Notes under the pieces: model-generated
What the model saw: only the letters and a program-made list of their open reading frames with translations
What the model was told of the DNA's origin: nothing
Database searches by the model: none
Source: Paraphysomonas bandaiensis
Taxonomy: Eukaryota > Protista > Chrysophyceae
DNA: 64,000 nt
Assembly: GCA_965644295.1 (NCBI GenBank)
Contig: CBFFRP010000431.1
Coordinates: 248,001 to 312,000 of the forward strand
Direction of reading: 5' to 3'
Position numbers and translations under genes: made by a program
In this document: piece by piece, positions 12,301 to 24,205 of the stretch
Layout of the letters: each line of letters begins with the position of its first letter
Position numbering within the stretch: position 1 is the stretch's first letter

Positions 12301-15300
12301 TACACTGACTCTCAGTGAAAGTGCTACGTCTCCACTGCCTGTGTCCGAAGGCGCTCGCGTCGCAGCTCTATACACCCTCAGCGCTTACGTTTCCAACATT
12401 AAAGCTTCTCATAGTATTGTCAACATTGTATCATGCCTAGTTCCTTTGGTTGTATACGCTGCTAGTTCTTCCGGTGCAGGTGTGCGCACGGCTGCCTCTG
12501 CACTTGTCAAGCAATTGGCATCTCTTAGTTATACGAAGTCTTCTAAGGACTCTCCGATGAATGGACATGTGCTAAAATCATTGTTTGATTCAATGGCGGT
12601 GAAGCGTCAGTCGATATGTTATGATGAAAAATCAATAGTAGAGTTTTTCAAGACCGTACTCTGCGAGGGTGTGCAGTATGCGAATGAATTGCAGACCGGG
12701 TTGCTAGGCATGGCGGCGGATATTGCCTGGACATGTCCACACGTGACATTTAGTTTACTTAGTGTAACGACTAGTGCGAAATTCGCTCTTGCATGGCCTT
12801 GTCTGAAAAAAATTCTTAGCAAGTCCCTTGAACATGATTTCACGGCTGATTTAGCTGTCACAACCTGTCTTGCGCGCGAATTGATTGAACATTGCGTGAC
12901 TGGAGTTGTGTCTGCGGAAGTGAAAGTACAGTCCGATGTCAGATCCACGTTTGTCGCAATAATAAATGACCACAGTAAAAACACACCTGCTGAGGCGGTT
13001 AGAAAATCTATTTTGCAGTCTATTTGCCCGGACAAGAACACCCAGAAATTGCCTGTGTGGGTTGAGAAGCTCCAATTGGCTGATAGAGAGGAGTTATTCA
13101 CAAGCTTGATTGGGCAAATTGATCGCAACGTGCACGAAGATTTTTTGACACCAGTGAGCGCGATTCCTGTATCCGCATCTACTGTACTCAGTATTCTTGA
13201 AAAGACGCTCAATGAGCTGAAGATAACGTTCAAGAAATATAGTGGTGATACAGATTTCTCGTTGCTAAATGGGCATGCGAATGGATCTATGCACTCTTCC
13301 TCTGGTCTTGCGTTCCCTTTACAGCGTATGAGCTGGCATCTAGAAGCTGTTATGCATGCTCTGAAGTCGGCCACTTCGGAGGACTCGGAGTACCTCAGCA
13401 AATCTGCGTCTGTATTACTTGACATGTTGTCTGCTCTTAATTCCCCGATGACAAATACGGTCCTCACGGTTGCTTTCACACGAGGGCTTATTATGGAGCT
13501 TGCATGCATTTGTCTTACTCAATCAAGGTCTTTTATAGGCAGTAATGAAACTAGTAAGGTTAGAAAAACACGAAAGAGAGCTAATTCTTTAGTTGGGATA
13601 GATGTGTTCTCTGCGAGCCGCGTGGATTCTGACGTCGAGACAATTTTGTCTTGTCTACAATTGTCGTCAACCACTTACACACAGACATTCGCGTTACGGC
13701 TTCTTGATATTTTGATATCTATATCCCCTGCTTCTGCAGAACGAGCCGTTCTAGCTCTAAGTAAAGTACTTGCTTCTTCCGCAGCAAAAGAGAATATATC
13801 CTCAGATGACAATAGCGGTCTCACTGGAAGTATTCTGCGGACAATCACAACCATCCGAGGGAACAGTGTCATGTGTCATCCTCAAGAAGCTCTTGAGCCG
13901 TTTTTCTCGTTATTCCAATCATTGTCTAACTCCAAGCGATCAATGCTGATGAATATTGCTCTAAGAGAGTATGATGCCGGAATTGTGCCGACGTGTGTTT
14001 GCATTCTTCTCGCGCACACATTTGTTGCACACTCCACTGCTGACGCTCGCGAGGGACGTAGCAATGTAGGAGATGAGGGAACTGGACAAGATGTGTTTAT
14101 ACTTCTATCGCGGTCAGCCCAGCGTAAGGCGAATCGATCTATCCGGATGTCTCGAGCTGAGGAATTTTTCAATCTAGCAACGACCGCTGTTCATCAAGCC
14201 CCGGTGTCGCATCAAATTGAGACTCTGGTTACTCTTACAAACTTTACGCAGCGTCTCCTCATGCAAGCTGTTAGTAACGATATTGACGTTTCTGGTTACT
14301 ATGACGACGAGAATGACGTATCCAACCCTGATGACGTCGTTGTAGAGATGACTAATACTACTCCCTACAAGTTTATGCTCTCCAGGCACGCACAGTATTG
14401 CAACAGTCTCCTCGGAGATGAATTGAAATCCTATGATAATTCGGCTGCGCTGATGATATTACACCTGGAATTTATTCTTGAGTTTGTGGAAAATACACAC
14501 TTCCACAACGATATTTTGTCGAGTATGTCTTCCGCACAGTCATCTAGGATTAGTGAGGATTTACAGAGGCAATTTCTACTCTTCTGTGAACAGCTTTTGG
14601 AACTCTTGTCTTTTGCTACGCATGTTCAACATTCTCTTGCACGAGACACCTCAAGCGTCATGAGTGTCATACTCAATGGCTCCTCAATTAACATTTCGTC
14701 ATCAGCTCTGGCAAAGAAGTTATGGGGCACATGTCTTGATATCATTCATGGAATCCAGCGACTTCTTGATGGGCCCACATTCATTGTGATATTGCAGGAG
14801 CTTCTCAATCACGAAAATCTCACCGTTCGTCAGAAGTCGTTGCAAATTCTAGCCGACAGACTTCGGGACGTATCTTCGAAGGGCCCGTCGGCAGATGTAA
14901 GTTACTCCTAAAAAGCGTTGTATCTCAGCTTTATTGATTTACTTTGCAGGATGGTCTCTATTTGGACCTTGCTGATAGACTGAAGGAGTCAGTTCTCGTA
15001 GCTGTACCGGATGATTGTGAAGAACGCATGGATGAAGACAATGATGTATCTCCTGCAGCACGCATAGGCATCGCTCAATCAGCTTTGTTGTGCATCGATG
15101 TCCTTGCACGTGAATTTGTTAATAAACGTGAATGGATAGTGCCAATGACTGATATCCTTGTGTGTTTTACCAAGCTGGTTACAAGAGTTACAACAATGCT
15201 CTATTCTGACGGTTGTAACGAGCAAGACGAGGAGCTCCAAAAGCTTTTAGGGTCAAGCTTACTATGCTGCGGTACGATATGTGGTTTAACGAAGGCTAGA

Positions 15301-16875
15301 TCCTTGCCTGCTTTAGCGGTATGTGTTTCTTAGTATATCATTTATCCCTAATTGTTCTGTAGTCATTGATGAATGGAATGTTGCTCACAATTGAATGCGA
15401 GACTAGACATTTGCGCAACGCATGTTTCATTGAAATGGAGGATGAAAGTGAGAACAAGTCGCACCAGACGAAGCTACGCACACGCGTTGTTCTTGTTCGC
15501 TCCAGTGTGGCAGCTGTTACTTCCATTGCGGTAGAGTTGTCTGCATTTTTTCACCCATATATTCCTCGTGCACTGGAGTCTGTCTTGCCGTTATTGTATC
15601 TCAATGGAGTACCAGATGCTACATTTTTATCACGGGACGCTAGCCAGTGCACCACGATGATTGCATCTCATATTCCTGCGAGACTCTGCATACCAGCTGT
15701 CCTTCAAGCTGCTCCGTCACTGTATTCTAAAGGACACAATATAGCAGCCAGTTTTTTGTCCTTTCAGAAAGAATTGTGGAGTTCACTCAACCGCTCCACA
15801 GTCGAGGCACATATTCAATCACTGGAAGCTCTTGCCACCAGTGGATTGAACTACCGATTCATGTATGGTGACCACTCAGCTGAGTCTGAGACTGTTGATG
15901 ATGAAGCTTGTGAGGCATGTGTAGAGTTATGCCTGAAGATGACTGAGGTGGAACTCAGGGCATTCATTATTCGGCTACTAGATTGGTGTGATGCAGAAAA
16001 TCGGTCTGATAATAGCGACGTTGTGGCGTGGAAGTCTCACGCGCGGAGTACCGTGTTTTTCCGTTTCGTGTCATCCCTCGAATCCAAACTGCGCAGCATA
16101 TTTGTTCCACTTATGAGTTTGGTGTGGACCCCGGCTGCTGATTACTTGACGAAGCTTGTCGATCTCGTTCAAGGAAATAGCACTCCACAGTCGGATGTGA
16201 AGCAAAACTCTAGCAAAAAGTCAAAAAAACGGAAACGGCAGGAGGTTGAGAGTGGCAGTGCCACTGAGATCGATCGAATGTTGTTGAGTGAGCTGAAACT
16301 GGCATCGGAATGGGTGTTGGAGGCTGTGCGACTATGTTGTGTACACGATACAGTCAGCTTTATTGACCAGGTAAAAGTTGAATCACATATATATTCCGCC
16401 GTCTTACTTTTGTTATAGTTTCAATACGAAGCAATCATGCCTCAAATGTCGAGTGTACTGTCTCTCCGTCAGGCCTTTGAAACTGACGAGGATTACTCTC
16501 GTTACGCACTTGAGGCCGCACTCCCTGCAGTGGTGCAGTTAGTTATAGCCGTAGGAAAAGATATCCTGTGGAAACCTCTTAACCATAAGGTTCTGCTTAT
16601 GACAAGGAATAGCAAGAAGAGCGTACGGATTGTAGGTTTGAAGGCTCTGCAAAGACTCTTCAACGAGGTAATATTCTTTATGCTCTTATCTCTATCTTTT
16701 TTATTTTCCATCTTTGCAGGTTGGTGAGGAGTATCTTTTGCTGTTACCCGAGTGTCTACCGTACTTATCCGAATTAATGGAGGATGATGCCACTGACGTT
16801 ACTTCACTGGCGTCTGAGGTCATACAAGGAATCGAGGAGCTCTCTGGAGAGAGTCTAGACTCTTATCTGAGATAA
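9320..16875 (+). CDS. HEATR1: HEAT repeat-containing protein 1 / U3 snoRNP protein Utp10
   Basis: N-terminus MSELQRQL..PSLF, KVLEYLIRRYRIHELN; BP28CT-like LKMTEVELRAFIIRLLDW; WKPLNHKVLL; terminal exon GEEYLLLLPECLPYLSELMEDD...LSGESLDSYLR*. Multiple short introns. Confidence 0.94.
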
Positions 16876-19426
16876 ATATGAATAATGCTAGAATTTGTCT
16901 TAGAAACTCATGTTAATCTCAACCATATATGAGGATTCAATTAATTGATGCGCTAATAATAATGAATCAAAAATGATATATTCGATTTGACGAATAAAAA
17001 TCAGTGAACCCTAACACCTAATTACGTTCTCATAGCTTTCATGTATAAAATACACTATATACTATGACATATCACTGAAGTAAACCTCGCACTACGTGAA
17101 CCTTAAGCTTTCTTAAGAATTGATATTACTATAATCTTAACACTTTACACAATATTATTAGTAATAGGTGTTTAGAGTCAGAACTAATTCATCATTGCAA
17201 TTTAAATGACTAGTGCTTAACTCTGATATCCTACTATTTCACGCTAAGAAATTTGCTTGTGCGTCACCTCAAGCACGAAGTTGAAACCACTTTTGAGTTC
17301 ACTCAAAGCGAACGAAATGAGCTGGCAGTATTGACTATTGGTCATTTTCACAATTAAGATATCGTTAAGAGAAGTTTATTGTAATCAAACTAGATAGACT
17401 CTTTTTGTATTATATTGCATACACAATTGTGTGTGCTGTCATGTAAAACATGTCAACAACAACATGATAATTCATTTCGTTCATGTCAACCACTGCTCAA
17501 CTTCCGTATCTTTGACTACGTATTACTGTTTTTTCGCATTGTATTTAACGTATTCTACAGTACTATCTTAGAGACACATACTTATTCCAACAAGCAGAAT
17601 GTTGATATACCTGCTGACTTCAGGTTTTTGAGTCCTTGAGATGAATAGCCCCCGGGTGCTTAACTTCAGCAGGAAGCCCAATCCCCGGATGCCCTTGAGG
17701 TGGGATCATTCCCGGATGCCTGTTTATTTGTCAAGGCCCAAAGACGTCTACACAAGTGTCACTAGAATTTGTGTCCCTTGTACCACACACAACCATTTGG
17801 CTATAAGTGGGCAGAACAATATATGTGCTGGCTATATATATGCGGATCCTGTTGGTTTTTGAAATCTCTCTGGTACTTATCCCCCAGAACACCACAAAAA
17901 GGTGCGAGTCCGACTTTGTTGCCTCAACAATGTTGATATCATAATATTCAATTAACATATGCTCTATCCTATATATTCAAGACCAGTCAATCCTATATTC
18001 ATAAATATCCTATATCAAAGCTGCGAAACAATTAATTGCAATTTAATTGCAACTGTTAGTTATAGCTCGCGCAATAATAATTAATTGTTACATGAGTAAC
18101 TGAATTTCTTTCCTTTGTAAATGAATTCAGCCTTTACCGCTACGGGTTGGGTTTATCTATTATACTTCAATGGCCTAATATATATTGTATCATATCACAC
18201 AGAAAAACGCAACACGGACACTCTATTGAATAGAGTTAACTATTCTAAAATATATAACATTTTTATACACAGATGGACGTAAACCCCACTGCTATATAAT
18301 AACAAGTTCACACCATACGCTATTTACACACTGCTTACTGATTACTTCGAGTTCTTTGCAATAATCTGTTCTGTAGTCTTAAACTTCGTACACTCTGTTC
18401 GAAAAAAACTGGGCCACATAAGGATTAGGTATATATATCGACCACATGTTGTCGACTGTTCACTGGGCTATCTTAAACTGTACTCTCTAATTATATGACA
18501 CGTTGTTGACTTTTCTGTTTTATATGCCGTGTATCCATATTTACACAAGGGACTTATCGACCCCGTTTCTAGTGAAGAACACACTGGAAGTGCACCATTA
18601 TGGGAGCGAGGCGTACTCAAATTCTGCCCTTGATTGGAACGTGCGTTAAAATTAAAACTTGAAATCCACACATTCTCAGAATTGCGCGGTCATTCTCTGT
18701 GAGGATGTTTGCTGTAGAGGGTTGAGGTACACTTCCCAGCATTGCCTTAGCCAACATACTTCTCTTGTGCTAACTCCCCCAAGATGAGCTGAAGTGTTGC
18801 GTCGATTCCATGGAAGTGTGAATAGTGAATAGTCAGGGTTCAATTCACTGACTGTGGATTTCAATTTAGTTGTTGTGAAAGATAACAAGCTTTGTACAAA
18901 GGAATAGGAGGTATGGAGAGAAGTGTACGGAGTATGGGTATTGAGTACTAACTTACTAAATATAAAGTGTTTCTTATCGCATTGAATGATATCACTCAGT
19001 TTACTTTGATTCGGACTATCAAATTAGGGTAGAGTTGAGAACAGTGGGTTGCTCAATGAGGAACAGTTTGGTGCGGTAACAGTAATTGAGTAAGACCTGT
19101 GTCTGTTACTCTTCCCATGTATTGCGGGAAATGAAAATTATTGCTATAATTTTTTATGTTCTCACTACAAGTACAAACACATCCAGAGTCTCTGCTATAT
19201 TACTCTTATTAATTTTATCAAACCACAGCACTCCACAATGTGAATGTGCAGTAGTCATGACAGGTCAAAGCATTAGCATTAAATATCAATGATAAGTCCA
19301 TATGACGTCTATCGACCCCTACATATACACACATACACAGGTATACAATCCTACATATCATGTGTATGGAAGCATAGAGGACATAGAGGACACAGTGAGC
19401 ATGTACATACATATGAATGCATGTGT

Positions 19427-19970
19427 TTAAGACCCTCTATATGTAGAGTATCCATATGGACTGAGCAGTAGAGGTATGTGATAGTGTTGAGAGGGATCCA
19501 CTATCTTAAACACCACCTCCACTTTAGGATAAAAAGAAGGAGTACTGAAACGATCAAAGTATTCCATTGTGTGAAATATCATGCGATAGATTCCTGGATT
19601 GATAACCTGAATATATATACCCATAACCATACCATACATACGTACATACACACATACATACGTACATACACACATACATACACACATCTCATACATATAC
19701 ATGCCCCATACACAAAAACAACTGTATACATACATACACATACGTCCACATACATACATACATACATACATACATACATACCTTCATATCCTCAGGTAGT
19801 AATCCTGTCCCTCTTCCATCTTCATTTGTTACAGTGTTTCCTAGTGGCAAAAAATCAAGATTTTTTTCATCTGTTGAAGTGTTGTATTCAATTTCAACAC
19901 GCATGCCTGATGCAGGCACACCATGAGAAGTGTCGAGTACGTGAAATGTAATAGGAGGACGACCAGACAT
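19427..19970 (-). CDS. URAH: 5-hydroxyisourate hydrolase (transthyretin-like protein)
   Basis: ITFHVLDTSHGVPASG, TNEDGR, HYHIPLLLSPYGYSTYRGS (diagnostic C-terminal YRGS). One intron at 19607-19781. Confidence 0.96.
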
Positions 19971-20016
19971 ATTGATGTTGTAAGTAGAAGAAGTGTATAT
20001 ATAGAATGAGAAGTGG

Positions 20017-20017
<1 letters not shown>

Positions 20018-20047
<30 letters not shown>

Positions 20048-20397
20048 TGTATGTATGTATGTATGTATGTATGTATGTATGTATGTATGTATGTATGTAT
20101 GTATGTATGTATGTATGTATGTATGTATGTATGTATGTATGTAGGTATGTATGTATGTATGTATGTATGTATGTATGTATGTATGTATGTATGTATGTAT
20201 GTATGTATGTATGTAGGTATGTAGGTATGTAGGTATGTAGGTATGTAGGTATGTAGGTATGTAGGTATGTAGGTATGTAGGTATGTATGTATGTATGTAT
20301 GTATGTATGTATGTATGTATGTATGTATGTATGTATGTATGTATGTATGTATGTATGTATGTATGTATGTATGTATGTATGTATGTATGTATGTATG

Positions 20398-20431
<34 letters not shown>

Positions 20432-20617
20432 TGTATGTATGTATGTATGTATGTATGTATGTATGTATGTATGTATGTATGTATGTATGTATGTATGTAT
20501 GTATGTATGTATGTATGTATGTATGTATGTATGTATGTATGTATGTATGTATGTATGTATGTATGTATGTATGTATGTATGTATGTATGTATGTATGTAT
20601 GTATGTATGTATGTATG
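20018..20617. repeat. (TATG)n microsatellite, ~150 units, with an internal (GTAGGTAT)n variant block at ~20212-20283
   Basis: Directly visible; lies between the divergent HIU hydrolase and peroxidase genes. Confidence 0.99.
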
Positions 20618-20796
20618 ATCTAGAACATATGCAGAGTGTTGGCAGAATTTGATATCTTTTGGCTGTATATTGTGGTATGTATGTATGCGGGGGTATCTAT
20701 AAGGGCCTGAAGAATCTACCACACTTTAACTACCATAATAACTAACTAACTAACCCTCTACACTCAACAAACAAACAACACAAACAATAAGCAGAC

Positions 20797-22076
20797 ATGG
20801 ACATTAATAAAGAAATTAATCAGGATGCTGTTAAATCTGAGATTCGATGTGCTCTTATTAACGATAAAGTTAATGCTTGTCCGATGGTACGTATATATAT
20901 ATAGAGAGAGAGACTATGATACTGATATCACTACAGGCAATAAGAGTTGCATGGCATGCTGCTGGTACTTATGATAAAGAAACTCAAACTGGTGGAAGTA
21001 ATGGGGCAACAATGCGATTTGCTCCTGAAGCCAATGATCCTGCTAATGCTGGGCTATCAATCATTCGTGATATGCTTCATGAGGTTCAGGTCAAGCGTAG
21101 TAATATGTCTGCAGCGGATTTGTGGACACTCGCAGGTGCCTCTGCGGTAGAATTTACTGGCGGACCGAAGATTCCTCATGCTTGTGGTCGTGTGGATTAC
21201 GCTGATGGTTCTCGCTGTCCTCCAAATGGGCGACTTCCTGATGCATCTCAGGGAGCCACACACCTCCGCGATGTGTTTTATCGCATGGGATTTAATGACC
21301 AGGAAATTGTTGCGCTGTCGGGTGCGCATACTCTCGGGCGATGTCACATGACTCGATCTGGTTTTGACGGGCCCTGGACTAAATCATCGTTGACTTTTAA
21401 CAACGAGTATTTCCGAAATCTAATGGATCTCGAGTGGCAACCTCGTGAATGGGATGGACCATTCCAGTATGAGGATGTCAAGACAAAGTCTCTGATGATG
21501 CTTCCAAGCGATATGGCACTTAAAACGGATGAAGTTTTTGCTACATATGCTCGTCGCTACGCCGATGATGAAGCAGCATTCTTTGCGGATTTTAGTGCGG
21601 CATTCTCTAAACTACTTGCTCTTAATACCCCACCTTCGTGCTCTCACTTCGAACGGTCAGATGATGATGCTTCGGCAAAGTTGCGAGAGTACGCAATGCA
21701 TGGTTCAATAGAGAAAGTTCGCCAATTCAAGGACGCTGGTGGTGATCCTAAAAGCATAGAGCTCTCTTCCGGTCGAACTGCTCTGCATAAGGCAGCATAT
21801 TGGGGACATGCCCATGTTATTCAATTCCTGGTGGAAACTTGTCATGTGGACGTCAACGTACAGGACAACGCAGGGGATACAGCACTTCATGATGCAGCGC
21901 GATTTGCCCATCAGGATGTAGTTGAGGCATTGATAAATGCCAACGCAAATCTATTGCTGACTAACAAGGATGGACGCACTCCGCTGGATGTGGCTATGGA
22001 ATACTCTACCACGAGTACGGCGAACAAGCATGATGCGGTTATTGAAAGGCTGAAAGCAGCCACTCTGAGAAAGTAA
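20797..22076 (+). CDS. Class I heme peroxidase (cytochrome c/ascorbate peroxidase-like) fused to C-terminal ankyrin repeats
   Basis: Distal RVAWHAAGTYD, GGSNGATMRF, proximal ALSGAHTLG, GFDGPWT, LMMLPSDMAL; then ankyrin repeats GRTALHKAAYWGH, GDTALHDAARFAH, GRTPLDVA. ATG at 20797, intron 20887-20936. Confidence 0.92.
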
Positions 22077-22125
22077 ATTGTATCCACGTAATATCGAAAA
22101 TTACTGTGGTAAAAGTTTAGGTAAT

Positions 22126-22479
22126 ATGAAAAGTGCAAGCATGATATGAGTCACCGTAAAAAGTAATTCTAATCCGTTGCTACAACGAAAGTCAAAATCT
22201 ATCTGCACTTAAATTCTACTGCATGATTATATAATTTTACATGTTCACAGCGCTATGGACAAGGGCTACAGTAGTATACAGAACCTAAACCTGTGTTGAA
22301 CACAAGGCTTATTGTCAATTATTGAAATTGGGACATCAAATCATAATTACAATTATAATTGACTCCAGCTAGCTTCAATTAATTGATCGCTCTTAGCCGT
22401 TTTGCTCCCTATAACATATACTCTGTCAGACGGCATTCCATTGCAACATTGGTTAATCGGCTTCCCAGGCCCGTTGGAT
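22126..22479 (-). pseudogene. Duplicated, degraded copy of the 3' end/3' UTR of the TKL kinase gene
   Basis: 22126-22302 matches 26598-26781. 22387-22479 matches 26976-27068, with the GT donor mutated. Confidence 0.85.
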
Positions 22480-22754
22480 CCGGTGTAGAGTGATGGTGAT
22501 GTGATGTGCGGAGTATTTTACAATTTGCATGTGGCGAAATAACAGCGTATATTGGTAGACAAAGACACTTCTGGTGGGCATTCGTTTTTTTTATAAGTGC
22601 AAGGGTGTCAATTCAAGCATCTTACGGTAAATATGATTTGCGAGCATTTCAAACTGATATAAAATGGACAGTTGTTTTTGTTCCACTTTTGCTATATAAC
22701 CAAGTGCATGAGGGTTTTCATCTGTCAAAATAGTTTGCGGATTGAATGTTAATT

Positions 22755-22998
22755 ATTAGTACTTATATAAACAACAAGTTAGATTTTTGTGTCGTTATAC
22801 TATATATCATGGATATAATATCACATTTTCCCATCTGTAGCTGTGATGCCATCTAACATCATATTATATCCATGATATATAGTTTTTGCAACAACCTGTA
22901 TCCGATGTCATTTAACGACACAAAAAATAACTTGTTGTTTATATAAGTACTAATGGATATAATATCCCATTTTCCCATCTGTAGGTGTGATGCCATCT
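22755..22998. mobile_element. Nested-hairpin MITE-like element
   Basis: Outer ~42-bp inverted repeat (22755-22797 / 22913-22954), inner 23-bp perfect inverted repeat (22799-22821 / 22861-22883), and a 46-bp direct repeat (22809-22854 / 22953-22998). Confidence 0.6.
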
Positions 22999-24205
22999 TT
23001 AGGAATCCATAATCCACGGGGTTGATCATCACACATCCCTGTGTGTTGCCATTCCTTTAAAACCAGTGGTTTTTCTCCCCAAACAATTACTCGTCGCACC
23101 ACATCACACTCCAGAGTGTCGATTTAAAACTGTTTCAGAGCTTAAAAGTGAGGTTCCCACTGCAATGTTATGCTTCTCAAAGACAGGAACTATTACGACA
23201 CAATAACCTAAAATTGCGAGTACCTGTATATTTACCGCTACTCTGTCAAGACAAGATCAGCTGTGAGAGTATTCTGCTTTGTTGACCAGATAAATAATGA
23301 CCTAATTATTATATGATGGGTATCTACTAGTAAGTACTTACGTGGATGATGTGAGAAAACCATTGGGAGAATATTGGCACACAAAGCAATGGCAATTACC
23401 AAAACGACAGTATCGACCAGGTGAACCAATTGTCAGAAAAAAGTCCAAACCAGCACGGCGTCGTAGAAACAATGAAAAAAATCAACTCAACGATGAGGCA
23501 ACTTCTCGGGAAATTGTTCAGGGGCTACGGAGGTCAATATATGTGGTAAATACTGTGATATTTGGCCAGCCACTTTTGTCAGGCCATAAGAACCTTTTGT
23601 AGAAGAGGGTCTAACGACACATCATTCTCTACACAGTAATTGATTTTCAATTAATTGCAATAATTGAAATTAGGACATCAAATCATAAGTACAAATATAA
23701 TTAACTCCAGCTTGCTTCATAATTATCAAAAAAATACACCGCCTTTATATACTAAAACGTTGTTTAGAAAAGGCATATTTATTGCGAACATCCAATTTTT
23801 ACGATTAAAATAGAAGACTATAGTATCTATAGTAGGATTATCTCATATAGTAATTCATTTAATTATTAGCCATAAGCGCAATAAACTGGTACCAACAGTC
23901 ATTGCACGAGTGTTCTCTGAGAAATAAATGATAATAACAAAAAGGCTGCAATATAGAGACTTGGCAATGTCGGGAGTGTGCTGTAGGAAAGGGACTCCAC
24001 CCCTGCCATGATTGACCGCTACTTGCTTCTATATCTAGTCATTTGCGATCAACGAGAAAACAAGATGGGACGAACCCGACTTGTAATTATCCTCTAAAGA
24101 TTGGCAATCTACTTGTTGCTGGTAACGAGAAACTTCCTAATGAATTAGCAAACGATTAATTATTTTTGAGGTTTCATAAACTTATATTATTATTAATGCA
24201 ATGCA

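Noticed and set aside
12619-13509. 296-aa antisense ORF inside HEATR1 (and other antisense ORFs in ASCC3, the RAP gene and the ankyrin genes)
   Set aside because: Shadow ORFs opposite long coding exons, with no domain features.
17415-18888. Short ORFs between HEATR1 and HIU hydrolase
   Set aside because: No recognisable motifs or consistent splice pattern; possibly decayed sequence but unsupported.
23330-23602. YVDD motif suggesting Copia reverse transcriptase, or a MULE C-terminal remnant
   Set aside because: No flanking RT or transposase motifs could be recovered by eye; too weak to call.
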